From assembly GCA_903877165.1 (NCBI GenBank), contig CAIRCU010000032.1, forward strand, positions 16,747-80,746: a stretch of 64,000 nt of DNA, read 5' to 3'. Below, in pieces: positions 1-8,462 of the stretch (the first letter of the stretch is position 1; each line of letters opens with the position of its first letter). The notes beneath the pieces are model-generated. The model had not been told where the DNA came from and did not search any database. It worked only from the letters and a program-made list of their open reading frames with translations. The position numbers and the translations under genes are program-made. This DNA is from Methanobacteriota archaeon. GTDB taxonomy: Archaea; Thermoplasmatota; E2; DHVEG-1.

Positions 1-1013
1 GCTGCCGCGGCAGCCGATGCACTCGTCGGTCTTGAACTCGCAGGTCCCGCAGTGTCCTTGGAGGTACTGCTCGGCGAATCGCGCTCGTTTCATGAACGGA
101 TGGTCCATGGCCTGCTTCAAGGTCAACGAACCTTTCACTGAGGGGCGGACGTTGACGAAGTCGATGAGGACTGCGGCGCACGGCCGGGCATAGCCTTCGA
201 CTGTGATGCACATGCTGTATTCGAGCTGTCGGCATCCCGCGCCGACCAGGGGCGTGTGCACGTTCCAGTTCAACTTGTATTCTTTGTGGTCGATCTCGAG
301 GAGTTGGGCTTTGACTTCTTCGACTTCGGGGCCGGGGAGGACCCAGTCGAGGTGTCGTTTGGCTCGCCCGCTGGGTGTCATGGTTTCCATGTTGGGGAAG
401 ATGTTGTTGTCGCGGCAGAATCGCCACATCGTTGGGATTTCCTCTCGGGTCAAACGATTCAAAACGAAGGATAACCCGAGGCGTACGGTCGGTCCTTTCG
501 TAAACCCAAGGTCCATGAGGTTCTTCAGACCCGTCTCGATGTTCTTGTACGCGCCTTTCTTTCCCGCCATGAGGTCCTGGGTCGCCTCCGTGATTGAATC
601 ATGTTTCAGGAGGATTGACGCGTTGTTTTTATAGAGGAATTCAGAAAGCTTGCGATCCATGTTCTGTCCGTTGGTGATGATGACGGGGATCATGCCGAGA
701 CCGTGGATGATTTCAACGAGTTCTTTGAAGCGGGGGTAGACGGTGGGTTCGCCGCCGCCGATGATGACGACGGAGCGTGCACCGAGGTCTTTGGCCTGGT
801 GGACGATGTTTACGAGCTCTTCGTAGGTCATCTCGTTGTCTTTGGGTTCGCCGCTTTCGCGGTAGCAGTACTCACAGCGCAGGTTGCACAGAAGGCTTGT
901 TTCCAGACGCAAGGCAAGCAGACGGTTGCTGTCCCGGGCCTGCCTGGCTTCTTTGTTGCTGTAGAGGTACCCTTCGAGGACGGGAGGGTGGTGATACTGG
1001 ACAGTGGGCATTA
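1..1013 (-). CDS. radical SAM / SPASM-domain enzyme, anSME/peptide-maturase-like (partial; C-terminus runs off the window start)
   Basis: Manual minus-strand translation from ATG at ~1011-1013 reads MPTVQYHHPPVLEGYLYS... CNLRCEYCY (CX3CX2C) ... VVIIGGGEPTVYP ... C-terminal Cys clusters CRQLEYSMC..RPCAAV and GHCGTCEFKTDECIGCRG (SPASM-like). No stop codon before the window edge. Absent from the ORF track only because no stop lies in the window. Confidence 0.7.
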
Positions 1014-1202
1014 CGAGAAAATAGGTGTTAACCTAGATATAGTTTTTCTATAACGGCTCTTATTATTTTTTTAGGGGTATTTAATTTACTGGTGGAAAGG
1101 CGCTGTCGGTTTCTCATTTTTTGTTGTTCGCGACGGTCGTACTGGAGGTCTCTTTGTTATTGCCTTTGATTTGTAATTGTTAAATATATTCTTTAGAATA
1201 CA

Positions 1203-1210
1203 TTTAAATA
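1203..1210 (+). promoter_or_regulatory. putative archaeal TATA box (tttaaata) upstream of the PQQ-repeat protein gene
   Basis: AT-rich intergenic 1014-1255. The tttaaata motif sits ~45 nt upstream of ATG 1256. Confidence 0.3.
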
Positions 1211-1255
1211 ACTTATAAGTGCTTCTATCATTTAGCTTTCAGGGGGACAATAACG

Positions 1256-3073
1256 ATGGAAGCAATAACACGAAGAAGCGTCTTCATCTATGGAATTGTA
1301 TTTCTTTTACTTGGTACAAGCATTCCTTTACAGGTTCGCAGTGGAATGACTGAGTCTATGATTCTTAGTCACTCTGGAGATGGGAATTATGACAATAATC
1401 ATTCTACAAGCGATATAGATTGGTGGCCGATGTTCGGTCACGATCTTGCTCGTAGTGGATATAGCACGTCGAAAGCACCAAACACAAAAGAGTTGTTATG
1501 GAAATTCGATGCAGGAAATCCAATTTATTCATCCCCAACGGTCGCGGATGGAAAAGTGTTCATCAGCTCTCATGGTGAACCTAAAATGTTTTGCTTAAAT
1601 GCGACCGACGGCATGAAGTTGTGGGAATTCGCAAGCTCTGAAGATATGAGTGCCGCTGCTATCATAAACGACAGAGTCTACTTTTGCTCTGACACTGGTT
1701 ACGCTTATTGCTTGAATGAAACTACTGGAACTATCATATGGTCTCTGTTAACTGATTCAACGACTCAGTTAACCTCATCGCCTGCGGTCATAGATGGAAA
1801 AGTTTACTTTGGTTCAAGTTACCATAAAATGTACTGCCTCAATGCTGATAACGGGACAGTCATCTGGATTTTCAATACAGGAACAAATGGTTACGTTGGC
1901 TCTTCACCCGCTGTTGTCAATAACAAGGTGTTTTTCGGATGTCAAAACAAGAAGATATACTGCCTGAACGCGACTACAGGTACACAGATCTGGAATTATA
2001 CAACTGGAAATGAAATAGACCTTTCCACTCCATGTATATGGAACGACAAACTTTACATAGCCTCAGAAGACAGCGACGTGTATTGTATAAATGTCTCCAC
2101 TGGCGAAAAAATTTGGAATTACTCGACAGGAGGAACCCTGGATTCATCTCCCGTTATCGCCTATGGAAATGTCTATATCGGCTCCTGGGACTGGAAATTC
2201 TATTGCTTAAATGCAACATCAGGCATAAAAAAATGGGATTATTACATCGGAGACGTGGTACTATCCGCTGCCGCCGTCGCCGACAATAAAGTATACGTTG
2301 GCGCCCATCATCAATTATTTTGTTTCAACGCAACGACCGGAGTCAAAATTTGGGAGTACGCAACAGGAAACTATGTGTATTCATCTCCCGCCATTGCCAA
2401 TCGCAAGGTCTACATTGGCTCTACCGACCATAAATTCTACTGTTTTCGAGATAACCACAATCCCAATGCACCAAATTCTGCCTATCCATCAAATGGATCA
2501 ACCGAAATACCGCTCAAAATAAACCTCAGCTGGGCTGGTGGTGACCCAGATATCGAAGATACTGTGACGTACGACGTTTATTTTGGGACAGCCACTCCTC
2601 CATTAAAAGTTGCAAGTAACCTTACAACAACTACGTTCAACCCAGGGCCGCTCTGGTACAATACAACGTATTTTTGGAAGATAATTGCCTGGGATAACCA
2701 TCATGCATCTACCTCTGGGCCGATCTGGAAATTTACTACGATCAAAGACGTTACACCGCCCAGTGTTGAAATTTCACAGCCGAAGACCGGTTATCTCTAT
2801 TACAATGACCAAGAGATCATGAAAAGAATCTTTTCAAAAAATACACTTATCATCGGGCCATTGAACATCACCGTCAATTCCACAGATAACCAGACGGGAG
2901 TCAACCGTGTCATGTTCTATATTGATGACCTCCTTAGCGCGAAAATTACCTCAACTCCCTATACCTGGCTTTGGTCCCAAAAAATGTTTTTCAAACATAA
3001 AATTACGATTATATCCTATGACAATGAAGGCAATAGTAACAAGGTTGAATTATCTGTAGTCAAATTTCTTTAA
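1256..3073 (+). CDS. secreted PQQ-like beta-propeller repeat protein with C-terminal fibronectin-III/Ig-like domains
   Basis: N-terminal hydrophobic signal/anchor. About 8 tandem blades with recurring YCLNATTG(T/V)xIW / SSPAV motifs. C-terminal FN3-like segment (TYDVYFGT...WKIIAWD). Coding GC (~42%) is far below the window average (~60%). Confidence 0.75.
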   Translation: MEAITRRSVFIYGIVFLLLGTSIPLQVRSGMTESMILSHSGDGNYDNNHSTSDIDWWPMFGHDLARSGYSTSKAPNTKELLWKFDAGNPIYSSPTVADGKVFISSHGEPKMFCLNATDGMKLWEFASSEDMSAAAIINDRVYFCSDTGYAYCLNETTGTIIWSLLTDSTTQLTSSPAVIDGKVYFGSSYHKMYCLNADNGTVIWIFNTGTNGYVGSSPAVVNNKVFFGCQNKKIYCLNATTGTQIWNYTTGNEIDLSTPCIWNDKLYIASEDSDVYCINVSTGEKIWNYSTGGTLDSSPVIAYGNVYIGSWDWKFYCLNATSGIKKWDYYIGDVVLSAAAVADNKVYVGAHHQLFCFNATTGVKIWEYATGNYVYSSPAIANRKVYIGSTDHKFYCFRDNHNPNAPNSAYPSNGSTEIPLKINLSWAGGDPDIEDTVTYDVYFGTATPPLKVASNLTTTTFNPGPLWYNTTYFWKIIAWDNHHASTSGPIWKFTTIKDVTPPSVEISQPKTGYLYYNDQEIMKRIFSKNTLIIGPLNITVNSTDNQTGVNRVMFYIDDLLSAKITSTPYTWLWSQKMFFKHKITIISYDNEGNSNKVELSVVKFL

Positions 3074-3122
3074 ATCGAACTACACTGTAAAATAAAAAAT
3101 AGTAATCTTCAGAATTGCGACG

Positions 3123-3210
3123 GGAGAAAAAAACCGATAGAACCTACCTTTCTTGCCCTATTAACTGCAATCCCTTCGAGAATCGAGAAAGAGCTCGTTG
3201 AGAGATGAAC
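3123..3210. repeat. imperfect direct repeat copy 1 (~75% identical to 5226..5309); contains a degenerate tRNA-Pro 3'-end-like segment (gagctcgttgagagatgaac)
   Basis: Manual alignment. gagaaaa..cgatagaacc.ac.ttt..ccctattaac..aatccct...gagaa...cgttgaga.tgaac is shared with the region immediately 3' of and overlapping the tRNA-Pro gene. Confidence 0.5.
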
Positions 3211-3295
3211 AATGCTAAAAATGAGGGAGTCTGGTTGAACGGGATTGGTGCCACGAACATCCTGTCTTTGTCAAGGATGAAGACGGAGGACTTTC

Positions 3296-4174
3296 TCAAT
3301 GTTTCGGTTTCACAGCTACAACGGTTCCGAAATGAATGATTTTCGCTAATCCGAGCATGTCGCCGATGACGACGGCCCCCATGTAGAAATAATCATCATT
3401 TTCCGGTCTGTATTTTTTCCCAAGCAAGAGTCGTTTTATCACGGAAGCGGTGAAAAAGTACGGACCCAGGCACGTTGATCGTGCGACCGATGGTAGGATT
3501 GTCTTCGTCAGGTCTTCTACGACGACGTCTTCGAACCCATTTTTTTCAAGCAAGGTCTTGAGGTCTTTCAGGCTGATGAGGTCTGGGAATCCTCTGGCTG
3601 GACGCCAAATGTCGAGGACTTTGCGGCTCAATGATGTGAGCGGTTCATCCCGGATGAACCCGTCAAGGATGACAAACCGGCCGCCAGGCTTAATGACTCG
3701 ATACATTTCCCGAATCATCTCTTCCTTGTTCTGGGCGTAGTTATGGGACTCTTGGGCAAAGGCGCCGTCAAAATAGTTATCAGGAAACTCCGTGTGACGA
3801 TAATTCTGCAGCAGGAATTGTGTATTGTTTGTGACTCCTTCTCGTCTCGCTAACTCCTGGGCGAGCGGAATCTGATTTCGCGTAATGGTGATGCCGATGA
3901 AGGTGCTCTTTGGGAAGAGCTTCGCCAGCTGCGTCGAGGGCCCGCCGACCCCGCAGCCCGCATCGAGAATCACCCAGGATTTATCCTCAGAGATTCCTAG
4001 CAATTTACCGGCATAGTAATTCATGTAGTGCAGCGATTCGTCGAAGGAATGAACTCCTTTAACATGCATGCCGAAGTGGATAGCATGCGCATCATCGCCC
4101 TGCCACCACTTGACGAAATGCGGCCAATGACGTTCGTAGAAATCTTCTACCCCGGATTCAGGATTGTCTCCCAT
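3296..4174 (-). CDS. class I SAM-dependent methyltransferase (gamma-tocopherol/MPBQ/sterol-MT-like)
   Basis: VILDAGCGVGGPSTQLA motif I. N-terminal FYERHW...W..H.G and C-terminal IKPGGRFVILD segments are typical of the gamma-TMT / Methyltransf_11 group. Confidence 0.7.
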   Translation of the reverse strand: MGDNPESGVEDFYERHWPHFVKWWQGDDAHAIHFGMHVKGVHSFDESLHYMNYYAGKLLGISEDKSWVILDAGCGVGGPSTQLAKLFPKSTFIGITITRNQIPLAQELARREGVTNNTQFLLQNYRHTEFPDNYFDGAFAQESHNYAQNKEEMIREMYRVIKPGGRFVILDGFIRDEPLTSLSRKVLDIWRPARGFPDLISLKDLKTLLEKNGFEDVVVEDLTKTILPSVARSTCLGPYFFTASVIKRLLLGKKYRPENDDYFYMGAVVIGDMLGLAKIIHFGTVVAVKPKH

Positions 4175-4185
4175 GGTTTCACCGT

Positions 4186-5103
4186 TTACAAGATACTTGC
4201 CACCACTAAACTGATGATGAAGAGATAATTGTGGAGCGCTGCAATAAGCAGCGTGAGTTTGGACGTCCGAAGAAAGAGAGTCGTATCATTATAATTTTTT
4301 AATGCGTTGACGACAGAGACCACCGCCAAGGGAACCGTGATGAAAACGACCGCGCTCCAAACGGGGATTAGCTTGCTGTATAAAAGGATCGCGTCGCTGA
4401 CGAAGATAAGAACAAGCATGACGCCATACGCCACGACCGTCCTCTTCTTCCCTAATACGATGACCAGATTGTTTTTCTTCACTTTCTTATCCGCGTCGTA
4501 ATCCGGTATGGAAAGGATCATCCCGACGATCAATCCAATGAACGTAAAGGGAATCGCAAAGAGCATGATGGCTGGATCCAGAACACGCGTCTGCACAAAA
4601 TAGGCTCCAAAGAGCATGACGGGTCCATAGCCAATGGCTTGCGCGATTTCGCCAAAACCTCGATAGCATAACTTCACCGGAGGCGCTGTATAGAAAAAGA
4701 CAAGGAAAAAACCAAGAAGGCCCAAGAGAAGAATTGTGACGCCATCGAGAACGAAGTTCAAGTACAATCCTATGATGGAAGCGAACACTAACAAGGCGAT
4801 GGAGACACGAAAAATCGTTTTCTCTGCAATTAGCCCTTCTTGAATGACCCGGCTTCCCCCGGAAAACGGTGTCGTCACCGGATTGAGGTCATCAGCCTTT
4901 AACACATGGTCGTAGTAATCATTCAATAAATCCGTGCTGACCAAGACGGCAGTCATCGCAATCCACGTTAACAAAAACAACCACCAATTAAAGACGCGAT
5001 GCGTGTAAAACGCAAACGCTGTGGCAACAAAAATCGGCGACGACCCCGAGATCACCATATGGAAGCGCGTTGCCCGAAACCATAATCTCAAGCCCATTGC
5101 CAA
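4186..5103 (-). CDS. UbiA-superfamily aromatic prenyltransferase (MenA-like; NDYYD motif)
   Basis: Polytopic membrane protein. Asp-rich motif LNDYYDHVLKADDLN. Second motif IPDYDADKK...IVLGKK. Confidence 0.75.
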   Translation of the reverse strand: MAMGLRLWFRATRFHMVISGSSPIFVATAFAFYTHRVFNWWLFLLTWIAMTAVLVSTDLLNDYYDHVLKADDLNPVTTPFSGGSRVIQEGLIAEKTIFRVSIALLVFASIIGLYLNFVLDGVTILLLGLLGFFLVFFYTAPPVKLCYRGFGEIAQAIGYGPVMLFGAYFVQTRVLDPAIMLFAIPFTFIGLIVGMILSIPDYDADKKVKKNNLVIVLGKKRTVVAYGVMLVLIFVSDAILLYSKLIPVWSAVVFITVPLAVVSVVNALKNYNDTTLFLRTSKLTLLIAALHNYLFIISLVVASIL

Positions 5104-5225
5104 AAAAATAACGTGAAATGAGTTATATAGCTTATTTAAATTGGAGAAAAAAGGAACCCTAGCCTTATATGATGTTCTTTAGGCATGCTCCTTAAAACCA
5201 GGCCATCTAGCAGGACAGTGAGGTC

Positions 5226-5309
5226 AGGAGAAAATCGATAGAACCCACTTTTTACCCTATTAACCGAAATCCCTCCTATAACGGAGAATGGGCCCGTTGA
5301 GATTTGAAC
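5226..5309. repeat. imperfect direct repeat copy 2 (overlaps the 3' end and downstream flank of tRNA-Pro)
   Basis: See 3123..3210. Shared segment aggagaaaatcgatagaacccactttttaccctattaaccgaaatccct...gagaatgggcccgttgagatttgaac. Confidence 0.5.
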
Positions 5310-5361
5310 TCAAGTCACTTGCACCCCAAGCAAGAAGGATACCAAGCTACCCCACGGGCCC
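5289..5361 (-). tRNA. tRNA-Pro (anticodon GGG)
   Basis: Reverse complement GGGCCCGTGGGGTAGCTTGGTATCCTTCTTGCTTGGGGTGCAAGTGACTTGAGTTCAAATCTCAACGGGCCCA. 7-bp acceptor stem, anticodon stem CTTGC/GCAAG with loop TTGGGGT (U33, G37), T-loop TTCAAAT, no encoded CCA. Confidence 0.85.
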
Positions 5362-5435
5362 AGGGGATACCGGGTGCTAAGGGTGCATGCTGACAAGCCT
5401 TAATATAGTTTATTCGATTCAACTCCCCTGGTACC

Positions 5436-5720
5436 ATGAACATCGACGTCATCACGCTCCTCGGCGTGGCTGCCGGCGCCGTCACCTCCATCGGCTTCAT
5501 CCCGCAACTGCTGAAAGGCTACCGCACGAAACGCCTCACTGACGTCTCGTACGGCATGCCACTGTTCCTCACGTTCGGTATGAGCCTCTGGCTCGCCTAC
5601 GGACTCTTCCGTAACGACCTCGCGATCATCCTTGCGAATGCCTTCGGCGTCAGCTGCAATCTGCTCCTCGTCATACTGAAACACCGGTACACATCCAACG
5701 ATAAAACTGACAATTCTTAA
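5436..5720 (+). CDS. SemiSWEET / PQ-loop (MtN3-like) small membrane transporter
   Basis: 94 aa with three TM helices. PQ motif GFIPQLLKGYRTK after TM1. Confidence 0.55.
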   Translation: MNIDVITLLGVAAGAVTSIGFIPQLLKGYRTKRLTDVSYGMPLFLTFGMSLWLAYGLFRNDLAIILANAFGVSCNLLLVILKHRYTSNDKTDNS

Positions 5721-5795
5721 ATACTAGGGTCCCGCATATCTCCACAGAAACGCTGTACGAGACCTAAAATCGACTCACGTAATGAAGCGGCAACC

Positions 5796-6425
5796 ATGAA
5801 TGAGAATCCACCTGCGGCCCGCCGGAAAACAACCATGGCGGTCATCCTCATCAAGCTCATCTCCAACACCTTCTGGGAGATAGCGGACTACTTCTCCTAC
5901 AGAAGTAAAAGCGCAGCCCGGCTCTACGACACCATGATCGGTGGCGAGTACCAAGAGGAGTACGAACATTGCGGCGTCGCCAGTGCCAAGAACATCCTAC
6001 ACATCGGCTCCGGTGCATACCCGCTTACCGAGATGGCGCTCGCCGCGGTCAGCAACGGCCAGGTCGTCGGCATCGACAAGAAACCCGCGACCGTCGCCAA
6101 AGGCACCAAAGTCATCCAACGCCGCGGCCTCTCCAACCATATCACCATCCAGCATGGCGACGGCAGAAACTATCCCGTCTCCAAGTACGATACGATTATC
6201 GTCTCCAGCTGCAGCATCCCAAAGATTCCAATCCTAGAACACCTCGCCAAAGCCGCGCAACCCAAGACGCACATCATCGTCCGGGAAGTCGACATCGCCT
6301 GCCCCTACATCGAAGACTTCCTCGCCTCTCACCCGAACATGGTGATCTCCGACCGGATCCGACACAACCCCTTCCCATTCATCTACCCCATCGGTTGGAT
6401 GACATTCCGGATTCAGAAACAATAA
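5796..6425 (+). CDS. putative SAM-dependent methyltransferase-like Rossmann-fold protein (paralog of 10923..11576)
   Basis: ILHIGSGAYPLTE (Gly-rich motif I), VVGIDKK (acidic post-I), IQHGDGRNYP, DTIIVSS. Motif-for-motif match with 10923..11576. Directly upstream of a UbiA gene. Confidence 0.45.
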   Translation: MNENPPAARRKTTMAVILIKLISNTFWEIADYFSYRSKSAARLYDTMIGGEYQEEYEHCGVASAKNILHIGSGAYPLTEMALAAVSNGQVVGIDKKPATVAKGTKVIQRRGLSNHITIQHGDGRNYPVSKYDTIIVSSCSIPKIPILEHLAKAAQPKTHIIVREVDIACPYIEDFLASHPNMVISDRIRHNPFPFIYPIGWMTFRIQKQ

Positions 6426-6466
6426 GATTATTAAGACCTCTAGGTTGTTTTTCCCCCTAACTACCC

Positions 6467-7480
6467 ATGACCCAAGAGCCCACCCGACCACGCTTCTTCC
6501 ACAATCCCTTACATTTCCTGGTGACCTGGAGATCGTTTCCCGTCTATGAGCTCCTCGGCTATATCTTCATGTTTTCAGCTTCTATCATGTTTGCGTTCGG
6601 CATCCATCGCTACGCCACACAGGACTACATCGTTATCATCCTTTCCGTGGCGACTATGTACTGCGGGTTCTTCGCCGCACTCATCTGGAATGATATCACG
6701 GATCAGGATATTGACACCGTCGTTCACCCGACGCGCCCCATCCCAGGCCGGCGTATTTCTCCCAAGACGTTCTTCGGGATAGCTTTGGTGTTCTCCGCCT
6801 TGACCTTCCTCTTCGCACTTATTCTCAGTCCATGGTGCTTCATTTTGGTGGGCGCCGCTGCGTTGTTCACCGCGGTCCATAACCGCTACTTGAAGAGACT
6901 CATCAAACTCCCGGCGTACTCCGAGATCTTCACCCCGGTGCAATGGCTGGTCGTCCCCCTGTTCGGGTTCTTCGTCGTCTGGACGGTTCTGCCACACTCC
7001 GCTGACATGTTCTTCACCCTGCCCTTGCTCGGCACGCTCTCCATAGCGAAGGCGGATCTGCTACCGATGGCGCTGCTGGTGCTGTTCACATATTTCGCGG
7101 ATGATGCACATGATGTCGCGGAAGGCATCCGTGACATGGAAGGCGACCGCATCTTAGGCGTGAAAACCTATGCCATTTCGTTTGGGCCACGGACCGCGGC
7201 CGCCGTGTCCTTCAGCATGGTCGTTCTCGCCGGCATCCTCGGCATCCTCCTGTACTATTTCACGCTCCTCTCAGAGGTCTTCCTCATCCCGTTCCTCATC
7301 TTCTGGGCGTACACCCTCATCTTTTTCTATCAACTCCTGAGAACAAAGGATCTGATACAACAAAAGAAGCTTGGGCGGATGGTCGGTCGAAAAGGCTACA
7401 ATTTCCTGTTGTTCTCTTACATCTTGATGTTCATCGATCTCGCTCTGCAGCTGACGCTGGCACTGTCTCGGTCCTGCTAG
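6467..7480 (+). CDS. UbiA-family prenyltransferase
   Basis: NDITDQDIDTVVHPTRPIPGRRISPK first Asp-rich motif. DDAHDVAEGIRDMEGD second motif. About 8 TM helices. Confidence 0.75.
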   Translation: MTQEPTRPRFFHNPLHFLVTWRSFPVYELLGYIFMFSASIMFAFGIHRYATQDYIVIILSVATMYCGFFAALIWNDITDQDIDTVVHPTRPIPGRRISPKTFFGIALVFSALTFLFALILSPWCFILVGAAALFTAVHNRYLKRLIKLPAYSEIFTPVQWLVVPLFGFFVVWTVLPHSADMFFTLPLLGTLSIAKADLLPMALLVLFTYFADDAHDVAEGIRDMEGDRILGVKTYAISFGPRTAAAVSFSMVVLAGILGILLYYFTLLSEVFLIPFLIFWAYTLIFFYQLLRTKDLIQQKKLGRMVGRKGYNFLLFSYILMFIDLALQLTLALSRSC

Positions 7481-8403
7481 TGCTGCGGAGATAAGAGTCT
7501 GACGAGGAGGGCCATCTGCGCCCACAGCCGGTTCTCTGCTTCATCAATGATGACGGACTGAGGGCCGTACGCGACGTCTTTGGTGACTTCTTCGCCGTAA
7601 CAGATGGGCATGCAATGCATGAAAATTGCATCCGGCTTCGCCTTCTTCATGGTCTCCTGAGTGATGGTATAGTTCTTGAAAGCCTTGAGTCGTTCTCGGC
7701 GCTCGTTTTCGTACCAGAGAGAAATCCAGGTGTCGGTCGCGACAATGTCTGAGCCGGCGACCGCGGCAAGGTCCTCGGTAATGGTCACAGACCGTTTCTT
7801 TTTTGCAGCGACTTCCTTGGCCGTGCGGATATAGTAGTCCTGCGGCCAGTATTTCTTTGGTGAGATGACCGTGACGTCCATACCCACCATAGCGCAACCA
7901 AGCATGTAGGAATGGGTGAGGTTGTCATCTCCATCTCCGATGAACGTAAAATGCAGGCCTTGGAGTCGGCCCTTTTTTTCTTTGATGGTCTGGAGGTCTG
8001 CGAGGATCTGACAGGGATGTTCGAGTATGTCCAAACCGTTGATGACCGGAACAGTAGCGTAGGTCGCGAACTCCTGAAGGTTCTTCTCTTCTATGGCACG
8101 GTACATGATAATGTCGGCATAACGGGAAATGACCAAGGCGATATCCTGGGGGGATTCCCGGGTACCGGTGCCGACCTCTTCTTGTGAGAGGTAGACTGCA
8201 TGGCCGCCCAGCATGGTCATGCCGACTTCGAAGGAGACCCGGGTGCGCGTCGAGGCGCGCTCAAAAAGCATAGCGAGGGTTTTACCTGGGAGGTATTGGA
8301 TCGGTTTGCCTTCGTGCTTCTCTCGTTTCAGCTGGATAGCATGGTCGATGATGAATTCGATGTCGTCTTCGACATCGAGGATGGAGAGGATGTTTTTCTT
8401 CAT
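7477..8403 (-). CDS. ornithine-carbamoyltransferase-family transcarbamylase (SMG motif replaced by SLW)
   Basis: STRTRVSFEVGM carbamoyl-phosphate motif. HPCQILADL. FIGDGDDNLTHSYMLG. FMHCMP (HCLP-like). The ornithine-binding D-x-x-x-SMG position reads DTWISLW. Confidence 0.7.
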   Translation of the reverse strand: MKKNILSILDVEDDIEFIIDHAIQLKREKHEGKPIQYLPGKTLAMLFERASTRTRVSFEVGMTMLGGHAVYLSQEEVGTGTRESPQDIALVISRYADIIMYRAIEEKNLQEFATYATVPVINGLDILEHPCQILADLQTIKEKKGRLQGLHFTFIGDGDDNLTHSYMLGCAMVGMDVTVISPKKYWPQDYYIRTAKEVAAKKKRSVTITEDLAAVAGSDIVATDTWISLWYENERRERLKAFKNYTITQETMKKAKPDAIFMHCMPICYGEEVTKDVAYGPQSVIIDEAENRLWAQMALLVRLLSPQH

Positions 8404-8462
8404 GAAAACCCGGCTCCTTTGAAACCCCCTGATGTATATTAACGTTGTGAAGAACGTACCTC

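Noticed and set aside
5941-6460. Arg/Pro/Ser-rich ORFs (5941..6237, 5969..6460) overlapping the 5796..6425 gene
   Set aside because: Alternate frames of a GC-rich gene. The chosen frame has a paralog at 10923..11576 with matching motifs.
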